From a virus: a DNA stretch of 18,454 bases. Below are positions 1-8,477 of this stretch, in pieces. The position numbers and the translations under genes were made by a program. Within the stretch, counting starts at the first letter, position 1, and the number at the start of each line of letters is the position of its first letter. The notes under the pieces are model-generated. The model saw only the letters and a list, made by a program, of their open reading frames with translations. It had not been told where the DNA came from and made no database searches. The DNA is taken from the UHGV virus genome UHGV-0237303; one strand, written 5' to 3'.

Positions 1-66
1 GTGTTCCGGTTTGACTCCGTGACCGTTTACATCGCGCACCCACCGCCCGATTTTTTTCAGGAGTGA
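1..66 (+). CDS. 3' end of upstream late gene, possibly terminase small/endonuclease subunit (gpM-like); partial
   Basis: Frame 1 is open from position 1 to TGA at 64-66 and overlaps the GTG start of the next gene; position matches gene M upstream of L in the P2 order. No sequence-level recognition possible from 21 codons. Confidence 0.3.
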   Translation: MFRFDSVTVYIAHPPPDFFQE

Positions 67-566
67 ACCCCATGAGTATGGTTGCCAGAACTGAACCCAG
101 ACCCGCAGAGGACGACATCACCGATACCGATGATGGTGATACCCGTATTTCAGCGGGTGCATTCTGGCCGGATATTGTGCTGCGTGAACTGCGTCTGGCG
201 GTACGACTGCCGGGGCGCGTGACCACCTCCCGCCTGCTGCATACCGCCACCGGAGCTGTGGCACACGTTACCCGCGAGCTGGAAGCATGGCAGAAGGAAC
301 AGCAGGCGGCTGGCCATCAGACGCTGGCCGATGTTCCGGCACCCGTAATTAACGGAGAAAGCGTCAATCTCTGGCACTGGCGCAATGCGGTTTACACCGC
401 CACACGCGCCCTGATTCTGGAGCGTTACCGCGATGCGGACACAACGGACAAGGGCGACCGCCGGGCGGACGCACTGGATATACAGACATCGGATTTGTGG
501 CGCGATGTGAGCTGGGCCATCTCTGACATTCTGTGCCGCCCGCGAATCTTTGCGGAGTTGTGCTGA
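63..566 (+). CDS. Head completion/stabilization protein (P2 gpL-like)
   Basis: 167-aa ORF directly upstream of gpX, size and position as P2 L (about 169 aa from memory); GTG start overlapping upstream stop; stop overlaps the X start. Confidence 0.55.
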   Translation: MNPMSMVARTEPRPAEDDITDTDDGDTRISAGAFWPDIVLRELRLAVRLPGRVTTSRLLHTATGAVAHVTRELEAWQKEQQAAGHQTLADVPAPVINGESVNLWHWRNAVYTATRALILERYRDADTTDKGDRRADALDIQTSDLWRDVSWAISDILCRPRIFAELC

Positions 567-766
567 TGAAAGTGAAGGCACTGGAAGGCGACACCGTGGA
601 TTCGCTCTGTTTCCGGTACTACGGCACGACGCAGGGCGTCACCGAAAAGGTGCTGGATGCCAACCCCGGACTCTGTCAGCAGGTATTTCTGGACGCCGGG
701 CAGGAAGTGGAGATGCCGGAGCCGGAGAAGAAGAAACGAGAAATGATTCAGTTGTGGGGGGAGTAG
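566..766 (+). CDS. X: Tail protein X (P2 gpX-like, LysM-like)
   Basis: ATG at 566 (internal Met of track ORF 533..766) gives 66 aa MKVKALEGDTVDSLCFRYYGTTQGV...LWGE, matching the remembered P2 gpX pattern (about 67 aa, ...RYYG...NPGL...LWE). Confidence 0.7.
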   Translation: MKVKALEGDTVDSLCFRYYGTTQGVTEKVLDANPGLCQQVFLDAGQEVEMPEPEKKKREMIQLWGE

Positions 767-768
767 CA

Positions 769-1092
769 GTGAGCACCATTCAAACAGGGATCACAGAGCA
801 GGTTATTGCGTGGCTCTTTGACCACCTGCCAACGGTGTATGCAGTAGGCGCGGCGGTCAGCATTTCCGCGCTGATGAGTCTTTATGACGGACGAACACTG
901 GTTCAGACCGTAACGGGATCGCTGGCGTGCGGCGTTCTTGCCATGGCCGTGGCCGGGTCGTTGCGCTTCTTCGGTTTTCCTGAAGATGCCGTGACGTTTA
1001 TCGGCGCATCAATCGGTTTTATGGGCGCAGAGAAAGCACGCGACAAGGTTATTGCAGCCTTTAATCGCAGGGTGAAGGAGAAGGACGAATGA
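769..1092 (+). CDS. Holin (class I/II-like, multi-TMD)
   Basis: GTG at 769 with GGGGGAG Shine-Dalgarno about 7 nt upstream, in frame with track ORF 550..1092; 107 aa with hydrophobic helices (AVGAAVSISALM, LACGVLAMAVAGSL, FIGASIGFMG) and charged C-terminus; position corresponds to P2 Y. Confidence 0.55.
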   Translation: MSTIQTGITEQVIAWLFDHLPTVYAVGAAVSISALMSLYDGRTLVQTVTGSLACGVLAMAVAGSLRFFGFPEDAVTFIGASIGFMGAEKARDKVIAAFNRRVKEKDE

Positions 1093-1481
1093 GCAACACA
1101 TTTAAATTCAGCAGCCGGAGCGAAAAGAATTTGCAGGGCGTAAATCCTGATCTGGTGAAAGTGACCCGACGGGCACTGGAAATTTCGGAAGTGGATTTTG
1201 GTATCACCGAAGGGTTGCGCAGCCGTTACCGCCAGAAGCAACTTGTGGCCACAGGTAAGAGCCAGACCATGAACAGCCGCCACCTTACGGGACATGCCGT
1301 GGATGTTGTGGCTTATATCGGCAGCCAGGTGTCATGGGAGTGGCCGCTGTACGAAAAAATCGCAGCAGCATTCAGACAGGCCAGCCGGGAACTGAATATT
1401 CCGGTGGAATGGGGCGGCGACTGGAAGACCCTGAAAGACGGACCGCATTTTCAGTTACCACACGGAGCCTATCCGGCATGA
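1089..1481 (+). CDS. Endolysin, peptidase M15-type (L-alanyl-D-glutamate / D-Ala-D-Ala carboxypeptidase-like zinc peptidase)
   Basis: 130 aa with zinc-ligand-like motifs SRHLTGHAVDV and DGPHFQL typical of M15 phage endopeptidases; ATGA start/stop overlap with holin; lies in the lysis cassette. Confidence 0.7.
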   Translation: MSNTFKFSSRSEKNLQGVNPDLVKVTRRALEISEVDFGITEGLRSRYRQKQLVATGKSQTMNSRHLTGHAVDVVAYIGSQVSWEWPLYEKIAAAFRQASRELNIPVEWGGDWKTLKDGPHFQLPHGAYPA

Positions 1482-1885
1482 AGCTCTGGCCCACGCTGGG
1501 CGTCGCTTTCCTTCTGATTGCCGCATGGGGAACATCCATGCGTCTGTCGTGGTCGCTGGGCCGGGAGAACGCCAGAAACGAAGCGCAGGCCAGCGCCCTG
1601 AAAAGCACCGTCGACAACCTGAATATCATCAGCACCGGGGTACAGGATATGCAGCAGGTGCTGGCGCAACTCCGCGTGGAAAATCAACAGCGAAATCAGG
1701 ACGGAGAGGCCAGACGTGAACAGCTACGCAACGATATTGCAAAAGATGAATGCGCCCACGCTTTGCCTGACGCTCGTTTTACTGACAGGTTGCGCAGGCA
1801 CGCAGAACGCGCCACGGCCAGCGCCGTCAGTCCGGCTTATACCGCAGACGCTGACCATACCGGTAACACCTCCCCCCTTCCCTGA
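1478..1885 (+). CDS. i-spanin (Rz / LysB-like)
   Basis: ATG at 1478 overlapping endolysin stop (ATGA); N-terminal TM helix (LWPTLGVAFLLIAAWG) followed by charged, coiled-coil-like periplasmic part; the o-spanin frame overlaps its 3' half. Confidence 0.65.
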   Translation: MKLWPTLGVAFLLIAAWGTSMRLSWSLGRENARNEAQASALKSTVDNLNIISTGVQDMQQVLAQLRVENQQRNQDGEARREQLRNDIAKDECAHALPDARFTDRLRRHAERATASAVSPAYTADADHTGNTSPLP

Positions 1886-2036
1886 CACTCCCACATGGGG
1901 AAATCTCGGTATATGGGGCGACCGCCTTCTGGATGCACTGGAAACCTGTAACGCGGATAAACGGGCCATTGAATTACTGGAACAGCGCAGACTGCAACGA
2001 CTGAACAACGAGGACAACAACCATGCTGAAAACTGA
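1716..2036 (+). CDS. o-spanin (Rz1 / LysC-like outer-membrane lipoprotein), overlapped with Rz in the +1 frame
   Basis: Signal peptide with lipobox LLTGC (Cys becomes mature N-terminus), proline-rich body (PVTPPPFPDTPTW); starts inside Rz and extends past its stop. True start may be the internal Met at 1746. Confidence 0.6.
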   Translation: MNSYATILQKMNAPTLCLTLVLLTGCAGTQNAPRPAPSVRLIPQTLTIPVTPPPFPDTPTWGNLGIWGDRLLDALETCNADKRAIELLEQRRLQRLNNEDNNHAEN

Positions 2037-2490
2037 TTCCCTGCGTGAAGCCATGACCCGTTCATGCCGATGGTGTCAGGCCAACCCGGAAAAATTCACC
2101 ATTTTCGTGGAGAGCGGCAACATTGAAACGACAGGAGAAACCCCATCGTTTGTTTACCGCTATCAGATGGTGATGTTTGTCATGGATTACGCCGGGGAGC
2201 TGGACGACCTCACGCTGCCGCTGCTGGCGTGGTTATCCGAAAATCAGCCACAGTTGTTGCTCAACCCTGAGCGTAATCAGGACATCAAATTTTCCGCCGT
2301 TGTCAATGACGATGACAGCGCCGATCTCCTGTTTACGCTCCCCCTGCGGGAACGCGTTCGCATCACGCGCAGCAGTCAGGGCACACCGCAGGCAGAACAC
2401 CTGTCGGAGCCAAAACCCCGCCTGCCATCTTCCGAAGGCGACTGGTCGCATGTATTCCAGGATGTGACGTGGGGTGAAAGCGATGGATAA
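2023..2490 (+). CDS. R: Tail completion protein (P2 gpR-like)
   Basis: 155 aa, same length and position as P2 R; stop overlaps the start of the following S-like gene. Confidence 0.65.
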   Translation: MLKTDSLREAMTRSCRWCQANPEKFTIFVESGNIETTGETPSFVYRYQMVMFVMDYAGELDDLTLPLLAWLSENQPQLLLNPERNQDIKFSAVVNDDDSADLLFTLPLRERVRITRSSQGTPQAEHLSEPKPRLPSSEGDWSHVFQDVTWGESDG

Positions 2491-3118
2491 GGCATTCACC
2501 CGCGTGGATGAAACCTTTGAGGCCATCCGCGACAGCCTGAATCAGCAGGCCATCAATAACATCGCCAGAAAGCTGGCACAGGATTTACGCCGCGCCCAGC
2601 AGGCGCGCATCCGGTCACAGAAAGCGCCAGACGGGACCGCATGGACACCACGCAGACGCCGCGTAACCCGGATACAGGAGCGCATTCGCTTTATCTGGAA
2701 TAACGAAGCACGCACGCTGAAAAACTGGCATCACGACACGGGGAAATACGGGCGAACCATTACCGGGTGGGATGAGGATAAAAACAATATCCGCACGTTT
2801 TACCGGGATGACATCGACCGTTTTCTGGAAATACGCACCCGGCGCATCAACCAGGACAGCGCAAAGCGCGTCCCCATGTTCGTAAAACTGCGCACCGCCC
2901 GCTACCTGAAAGCCCGTGCAGATGCTTCCGGTGTGACGGTGGGTTACAGCGGCGTGGCCGCACGTATTGCCCGCGTTCATCAGTTCGGTGAGCGCGATCA
3001 GGTTGCGCCGGGCATTTTCACCGATTACCCGGTACGTGAGCTGCTGGGTATCAGCCAGGCAGATGAGCGCCTGATTTATAACACGGTGCTGGGCCGGATT
3101 GCGGAGGCTGTACAGTGA
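2483..3118 (+). CDS. Tail completion / virion morphogenesis protein (P2 gpS-like), extended
   Basis: ATG at 2483 overlaps the R stop (ATGGATAA); 211 aa; position between R and V. Longer than P2 S as I remember it (about 150 aa). Confidence 0.55.
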   Translation: MDKAFTRVDETFEAIRDSLNQQAINNIARKLAQDLRRAQQARIRSQKAPDGTAWTPRRRRVTRIQERIRFIWNNEARTLKNWHHDTGKYGRTITGWDEDKNNIRTFYRDDIDRFLEIRTRRINQDSAKRVPMFVKLRTARYLKARADASGVTVGYSGVAARIARVHQFGERDQVAPGIFTDYPVRELLGISQADERLIYNTVLGRIAEAVQ

Positions 3119-3696
3119 GCGCAGAACTCATGCGACTGCTGAGCAATATCATCCGCACCGGGATCATCTCTGAAGTTGATGAGAAGTCCTGGCGCGTGCG
3201 CGTTCGCAGCGGCGAACTGGAAACAGGCTGGTTGCGCTGGAACACCACGCGCGCGGGAGCCTTCAATGTGTGGCTGCCACCATCACCAGGCGAACAGGTG
3301 GTAATTGCCTGCATTGGCGGCAACCCGGAAACCGCCATGATAATTGGCAGCCTGTGGAGTGATGCCAATCCGGCCCCCGGCAAAAGCCTGAAAGAAATCG
3401 TGATCAGCGCGCCGGACGGCGCGGTGTTCCGCTACGACGCGGACGCAGGCGCACTGAGCGCCAGCGGCATGAAAACGGCCACTTTACAGGCATCCGTCAG
3501 CGTGAAACTGGACACGCCCGTCGTGGAATGCACAAACCTTCTGAGAACGGCGACGCTTGACGTCACAAAAGGGGGAAAGATGAGCGGCAATATCACGCAC
3601 AGCGGCGGCGATTTCACCTCAAACGGCATCACAGTGCATACGCATAAGCACGGTGGCGTTAAAGGTGGCAGCGATTCGACAGGAGGCCCGCAGTGA
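3115..3696 (+). CDS. V: Baseplate spike/assembly protein (P2 gpV-like)
   Basis: 193 aa; GTG start overlapping S stop; Gly/Ser/Thr-rich C-terminus ending HTHKHGGVKGGSDSTGGP, typical of V/gp5-like spikes; followed by W, J, I. Confidence 0.75.
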   Translation: MSAELMRLLSNIIRTGIISEVDEKSWRVRVRSGELETGWLRWNTTRAGAFNVWLPPSPGEQVVIACIGGNPETAMIIGSLWSDANPAPGKSLKEIVISAPDGAVFRYDADAGALSASGMKTATLQASVSVKLDTPVVECTNLLRTATLDVTKGGKMSGNITHSGGDFTSNGITVHTHKHGGVKGGSDSTGGPQ

Positions 3697-4043
3697 CAAC
3701 CCGCTACACAGGAATGAATCCGGACGGGACGGGAAACCTGAACGATATGGAGCACCTGAAACAGTCAGTCAGGGACATCCTGATCACCCCGCTGGCAAGC
3801 CGGGTTATGCGACGGGAATATGGCAGCCTTGTGCCTGATTTGATTGACGAACCCATGAATAACACAACTCGTCTGCAATGCATGAGTGCTGCCGTGATTG
3901 CGCTGACACGATGGGAACCCCGTATTGCCCTGGACGCCATCGACGTTGTCTGGAAGGCAGGAGGCCGCGCCGGGGTGACGCTGTCGGGCACTGTCATGCA
4001 GACCATGCAGAATGTTGAATTAACCATCACGCTGAGAGAGTAA
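3693..4043 (+). CDS. W: Baseplate protein (P2 gpW-like, gp25 family)
   Basis: 116 aa (P2 W about 115 aa); start overlaps V stop; canonical position between V and J. Confidence 0.75.
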   Translation: MTTRYTGMNPDGTGNLNDMEHLKQSVRDILITPLASRVMRREYGSLVPDLIDEPMNNTTRLQCMSAAVIALTRWEPRIALDAIDVVWKAGGRAGVTLSGTVMQTMQNVELTITLRE

Positions 4044-4046
4044 ATC

Positions 4047-4943
4047 ATGCCTGCTGTTGACCTTTCCCAGTTACCGGAACCCGCCATCATCGCGGAGCCT
4101 GATTTTGAGGCAATTCTGGCTGACACAAAGGCCATGATGATTGCGTCCTATCCTGCCGAACAGCGTGAAGCCGTCTCCGCCGCGCTGGAGCTGGAATCGG
4201 AACCCCTGAACGTTATCGCTCAAACCATGTCTTTTCGTGAAATGCTGTTACGTCAGCGGGTTAACGAGGGCGCACGCGCCTGCATGTTAAGCCACGGTTC
4301 AGGGACAAACCTGGACAACCTCGCGGGCAATATGAACACAAAGCGCCTGGTTATCACTCCGGCAACGGATACCACCGACGCGGTGATGGAGAGCGACACC
4401 TCGCTGAGATTGCGGGCGCAACGGGCGTATGACGGCCTGAGTGTTGCTGGCCCGTCAGGTGCATACGAGTATTTTGCACGCAGCGCCAGCGGTCTGGTGC
4501 GTGATGCGCGGGCCATCAGCCCGTCTCCGGCCTGTGTGACGGTTTCCATCCTGTCCACTGAAGGCGACGGCACAGCAACGGAGGCGTTGCTTAATACCGT
4601 TCGCGCCGTTCTGAATGCAGAGGATACCCGCCCGGTGGCCGACCGCCTGACCGTACAGAGCGCCAGAATCGTGACATGGCGGCTGAATGCAAAACTGTAC
4701 TTTTACCCCGGCCCGGAATCCGAACCTATTCTGGCCGCGGCTGAATCGTCGTTCAGGAAGTGGCTGGCTGAGCAGGGGCTTATCGGTCAGGACGTGGCGT
4801 TGTCCGCCATTGCTGCCGCACTGCATGTGCACGGTGTGCAACGCGTGGAGATAATCGAACCCACACAGAATATGGCCATCAGCGACATACAGGCGGCGCG
4901 CTGTGAGTCATTCACCATCAGCGAAGGTGGACGCAATGAGTAA
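4047..4943 (+). CDS. J: Baseplate protein (P2 gpJ-like, gp6 family)
   Basis: 298 aa (P2 J about 302 aa); canonical V-W-J-I order. Confidence 0.75.
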   Translation: MPAVDLSQLPEPAIIAEPDFEAILADTKAMMIASYPAEQREAVSAALELESEPLNVIAQTMSFREMLLRQRVNEGARACMLSHGSGTNLDNLAGNMNTKRLVITPATDTTDAVMESDTSLRLRAQRAYDGLSVAGPSGAYEYFARSASGLVRDARAISPSPACVTVSILSTEGDGTATEALLNTVRAVLNAEDTRPVADRLTVQSARIVTWRLNAKLYFYPGPESEPILAAAESSFRKWLAEQGLIGQDVALSAIAAALHVHGVQRVEIIEPTQNMAISDIQAARCESFTISEGGRNE

Positions 4944-5544
4944 TTCGTTGTTACCACCATCAGCCAGCAATTTCATGCGTTGTGCCGAAGCCGTCGGAAC
5001 ACGCATTACAGACATTCCGGTAGACCTCAACACGCTGTGGTCGCCGGACACCTGCCCGGTGCATCTGCTGCCTTATCTCGCCTGGGCGTTTTCCGTTGAC
5101 CGCTGGGATCGCAACTGGCCGGAAGAGACAAAGCGACAGGTGATTCGTGATGCATGGCTGATACACCGACACAAAGGGACCATCAGCGCACTGCGAAGAG
5201 CCGTGGAGCCTCTCGGCTACCTGATTGAAGTAAAGGAGTGGTGGCAACTCAACGAGGAGCCGGGAACATTTCGCATTGTTGTCGGAGTACTTGATCAGGG
5301 CATCACCGATGAAATGTATCAGGAACTTGAGCGCCTTATTGCGGATGCAAAACCAGTAAGTCGCCATCTGACGGGGCTGGCGATCAGCCTGAGTGTGAAC
5401 GGAAAGATTTTCGTTGGTACGGGATGCTATCACGGCGATGCCCTGACGGTTTATCCCTACACCCCGGAGTCCATTATTGTCGAAGGGGATTATTTCCCTG
5501 CCCCAGCCATTCATTTAATTGATAATCTGAGAGTAAACGCATGA
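4936..5544 (+). CDS. I: Baseplate/tail protein (P2 gpI-like)
   Basis: ATG at 4936 overlaps the J stop (ATGAGTAA); 202 aa; stop overlaps the H start. Confidence 0.7.
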   Translation: MSNSLLPPSASNFMRCAEAVGTRITDIPVDLNTLWSPDTCPVHLLPYLAWAFSVDRWDRNWPEETKRQVIRDAWLIHRHKGTISALRRAVEPLGYLIEVKEWWQLNEEPGTFRIVVGVLDQGITDEMYQELERLIADAKPVSRHLTGLAISLSVNGKIFVGTGCYHGDALTVYPYTPESIIVEGDYFPAPAIHLIDNLRVNA

Positions 5545-7034
5545 CAGTGAAATACTACGCCATTCTGACTAATCAGGGCGCGGCACGACTGGCTAACGCG
5601 ACGATGCTCGGCAGTAAGCTGAATCTGACGCAAATGGCCGTTGGTGATGCAAATGGTGTGTTACCAACACCAGACCCTGCACAAACAAAACTGATTAACC
5701 AGAAACGCATTGCACCGCTGAATCTTCTGAGTGTTGACCCTAACAATCAGAGCCAGATTATTGCGGAGCAAATCATCCCTGAAAACGAGGGAGGATTCTG
5801 GATCCGTGAGATTGGTCTTTATGATGATGAAGGTGTACTCATTGCGGTGGCAAACTGCCCGGAAACGTACAAACCGCAGTTGCAGGAAGGCAGTGGACGC
5901 ACCCAGACTATCCGCATGATTCTGGTTGTCACGAACACCGAAGCTATCACGCTGAAAATCGACCCGTCTGTGGTTCTGGCAACCCGCAAATATGTGGATG
6001 ATAAAATCTCAGAGCACGAACAGTCACGACGTCACCCGGACGCCTCGCTGACCGCAAAAGGTTTTACTCAGTTAAGCAGTGCAATTAACAGTGAATCAGA
6101 AACACTGGCCGCAACACCGAAAGCGGTTAAGGCTGCATATGACCTGGCTAACGGGAAATATACCGCCCAGAACGCCACCACTATACAAAAAGGGATTGTT
6201 CAGCTCAGTAGCGCCACGAACAGCAAGTCTGAAACGCTGGCAGCGACACCAAAAGCTGTTAAGGCGGTAATGGATGAAACGAACAAGAAAGCACCATTAA
6301 ACAGCCCGGCACTGACCGGAACGCCAACAACACCAACAGCGCCACAGGGGACTAATAGTACCCAGATCGCAAGCACGGCTTTCGTTATGGCCGCGATTGC
6401 CGCACTTGTAGATTCGTCACCTGATGCACTGAACACGCTGAACGAACTGGCTGCGGCGCTGGGCAATGACCCGAATTTTGCGACCACCATGACTAACGCG
6501 CTTGCGGGTAAGCAACCGAAGGATGCCACCCTGACGGCGCTGGCGGAGCTTGCTACATCAGCAGATAAACTCCCATATTTTACAGGGGCAGATCGTGCCG
6601 CGTTAACCGCGTTGACAAGTGTTGGACGTGCCATTCTTGGTAAAACCAGCACTCAGGGAGTTCTTGATTACCTTGGTTTGGGAGAAGCGGCGAAAAGGGA
6701 TGTGGGTACAGGAGAAAATCAGATACCGGATATGTCAGCCTGGAAAAGAAATCCGAGTTCTAATCGCTGGAGAAAATTGCCTGATGGAACCATCATTCAA
6801 ATGGGAATATCAGCATCAGGGCCATTAGGCTCACCTGTAAATATCACCCTGCCGATATCTTTCAGCAATACCAATTATTGTGTTGTTGCATCGTACGATA
6901 ATGCACGGTCAGGTGTGTCAACAATGGTTAGTTTTGCAGCATTACCTGTTTCACCATCGCAATTTTCCCTGATGTCATCTGTGACTGAGCAAGGAATAAA
7001 TCCTTTTGCTTACTGGATTGCTTTTGGAGATTGA
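5541..7034 (+). CDS. H: Tail fiber protein (P2 gpH-like); the last ~120 codons lie inside the invertible segment
   Basis: 497 aa; conserved N-terminus MTVKYYAILTNQGAARLANA...; duplicated fiber motif SETLAATPKAVKA; the crossover site is embedded at codons 374-382 (VLDYLGLGE). Confidence 0.8.
   Translation: MTVKYYAILTNQGAARLANATMLGSKLNLTQMAVGDANGVLPTPDPAQTKLINQKRIAPLNLLSVDPNNQSQIIAEQIIPENEGGFWIREIGLYDDEGVLIAVANCPETYKPQLQEGSGRTQTIRMILVVTNTEAITLKIDPSVVLATRKYVDDKISEHEQSRRHPDASLTAKGFTQLSSAINSESETLAATPKAVKAAYDLANGKYTAQNATTIQKGIVQLSSATNSKSETLAATPKAVKAVMDETNKKAPLNSPALTGTPTTPTAPQGTNSTQIASTAFVMAAIAALVDSSPDALNTLNELAAALGNDPNFATTMTNALAGKQPKDATLTALAELATSADKLPYFTGADRAALTALTSVGRAILGKTSTQGVLDYLGLGEAAKRDVGTGENQIPDMSAWKRNPSSNRWRKLPDGTIIQMGISASGPLGSPVNITLPISFSNTNYCVVASYDNARSGVSTMVSFAALPVSPSQFSLMSSVTEQGINPFAYWIAFGD
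6661..6686. repeat. Left 26-bp invertase crossover site (hix/gix/cix-like), inside H
   Basis: TTCTTGATTACC-TT-GGTTTGGGAGAA: two imperfect 12-bp inverted half-sites around a 2-bp core; inner arm plus core (TTGGTTTGGGAGAA) is identical to the reverse complement of 8466..8479; closely resembles the remembered hixL sequence TTCTTGAAAACCAAGGTTTTTGATAA. Confidence 0.65.
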
Positions 7035-7037
7035 TAA

Positions 7038-7457
7038 ATGGACAGATACTTCTATTCACAAAAAGAAAATGGTTTTTTTACCGATTTAAATAAAGCACCT
7101 TCAGATGCTGTTGAGATAACCACGGATGAATGGCTGTCACTACTGGATGGTCAGGATAATGGCATGAAAATAGTCAGCAATCAGGAGGGATATCCGGTTT
7201 TGACAGAGCAACCACCTTTATCAAAAGAAAACCTTATTGCATTAGCAGAGTTGAAAAAAGGAAAACTTATTAATGAAGCCAACGAGCACATGAACAGCAG
7301 GCAATGGCCTGGTAAAGCGGCTATTGGTCGTCTGAAAGGTGAGGAACTGGCGCAATATAATTTGTGGCTGGATTATCTGGACGCACTGGAGCTGGTCGAT
7401 ACTTCCAGTGCGCCAGATATTGAATGGCCTACGCCTCCGGCAGTTCAGGCCAGATGA
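7038..7457 (+). CDS. Tail fiber assembly protein (P2 gpG/Tfa-like), cassette currently in the expressed orientation
   Basis: 139 aa, 3 nt downstream of the H stop; C-terminus ...LDYLDALELVDTSSAPDIEWP is shared with the opposite-strand Tfa (...LDYIDAVTVTDTSTAPDIIWP). Confidence 0.75.
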   Translation: MDRYFYSQKENGFFTDLNKAPSDAVEITTDEWLSLLDGQDNGMKIVSNQEGYPVLTEQPPLSKENLIALAELKKGKLINEANEHMNSRQWPGKAAIGRLKGEELAQYNLWLDYLDALELVDTSSAPDIEWPTPPAVQAR

Positions 7458-8022
7458 TATCCGGCGCGGTGCTGGTATCTGTTACCGTCACCGCGTCAAT
7501 GTAATCCAGCACGGCGTTAAGTCGGGTTGTTTCTGCCTGCGCCAACTTCCGTCCGGCCTGCAATTTCAGTTGAATCAGACTAATGGAAGCCATTGCAGTA
7601 TCAATCAGTGACTGACGTTGTGCTTCTGCCGCGTCTACTGCGGCGCTATGCTGTGCCTCGGTATCCGTCACCCATTTCTCACCATCCCATTTATCGTATG
7701 GCGTTAACGGTGAAAGCGTGACATAACCGTCTTTGATGGCACCGATATAATCCACTGTAACAGCTGCGCCATTTTCTGTTGAGTAAACAGTCTCATTGCG
7801 ATGGTCTTCTTCATGGCTCCATCCCTTACCCGTAAATACTGCCACTTTTCCCGGAATGTTTTCGCCAGGGTCAATACCAGTGGAACAGGCGGGCATACTT
7901 ACGCCAGTATTAATATATTCATCAGACCAGCCCGTATACTCAGATGTTTCAGCATCATAATAAAAACAACGCATATCGCCCGGCACTGTAGCCAGCCCAT
8001 TTTCATCAAAAACAGGTTTCAT
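7429..8022 (-). CDS. Alternative tail fiber assembly protein (Tfa'), silent orientation
   Basis: 197 aa on the minus strand; conserved Tfa C-terminus; converges on and overlaps the + strand tfa by about 29 nt; start overlaps the stop of the alternative fiber cassette (TAATG). Confidence 0.7.
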   Translation of the reverse strand: MKPVFDENGLATVPGDMRCFYYDAETSEYTGWSDEYINTGVSMPACSTGIDPGENIPGKVAVFTGKGWSHEEDHRNETVYSTENGAAVTVDYIGAIKDGYVTLSPLTPYDKWDGEKWVTDTEAQHSAAVDAAEAQRQSLIDTAMASISLIQLKLQAGRKLAQAETTRLNAVLDYIDAVTVTDTSTAPDIIWPELPEA

Positions 8023-8477
8023 TATTTAGCCCTCACCAGAAAGTTAAATGCAATATTTCGCGGTCTGACAGCAACAAAATTCACACCATCACCCACAGAG
8101 TTACTGGTGAAATTAAATCGTGAAAATCCTGGCTGATTTCCGGCGATGCCATCATGAAAGTTAATTGCGTGTCCCGCACCTTCGCCTATATTCCCGGCAA
8201 ACTGAGAAAAGTTTGTAGCTGCCTGCCAGCTTAATAATTCACGACCACCGTCTGCACCTCGCCCGTCATCCCAGATACGAATGAAATCACCGCGGGCTTC
8301 AGGTAATACCAGCGAAGGAAACACTTTCGCCAGCACAGGATAATCAGTGGCAGAGAATTTCGCGCCGTTGAACTTCAAAAACACCATACTGGACCAGCTG
8401 TCGATTACAGTATTTGGCATTGCAGCGGACGGCCAGAAGAACGGAACGCCAATAGCTGGAGAACCTTCTCCCAAACC
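8022..8477 (-). CDS. Alternative tail fiber C-terminal cassette (H'), no start codon of its own; expressed only after inversion fuses it to the constant part of H
   Basis: Minus-strand frame reads GLGEGSPAIGVPFFWPSAAM... from the crossover core at 8478/8479, with the same GLGE junction as the current H; the track ORF 8022..8519 extends further 5' only because the frame stays open across the site. Confidence 0.65.
   Translation of the reverse strand, partial: GLGEGSPAIGVPFFWPSAAMPNTVIDSWSSMVFLKFNGAKFSATDYPVLAKVFPSLVLPEARGDFIRIWDDGRGADGGRELLSWQAATNFSQFAGNIGEGAGHAINFHDGIAGNQPGFSRFNFTSNSVGDGVNFVAVRPRNIAFNFLVRAK

Larger units (their letters stand above)
6675..8477. mobile_element. Invertible tail-fiber host-range segment (Mu G-segment / P1 C-segment / e14 P-region type)
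   Basis: Bounded by the two inverted 26-bp sites; carries two alternative H C-terminal cassettes in opposite orientation, each followed by its own tail fiber assembly gene; a serine invertase gene lies immediately outside the right site. Confidence 0.65.

Noticed and set aside
150-594. Minus-strand ORFs 150..581 and 364..594 opposite the L-like gene
   Set aside because: Antisense to a well-supported + strand gene in a tightly coupled operon; Arg/Ala-rich composition typical of reverse-frame translation.
1334-1477. Upstream extension of the Rz frame (track start at 1334)
   Set aside because: It overlaps the endolysin in another frame; the ATG at 1478 is coupled to the endolysin stop and begins directly at the TM helix.
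6200-6652. 150-aa minus-strand ORF inside the tail fiber gene
   Set aside because: Antisense shadow of the Ala/Thr-rich repeat region of H.
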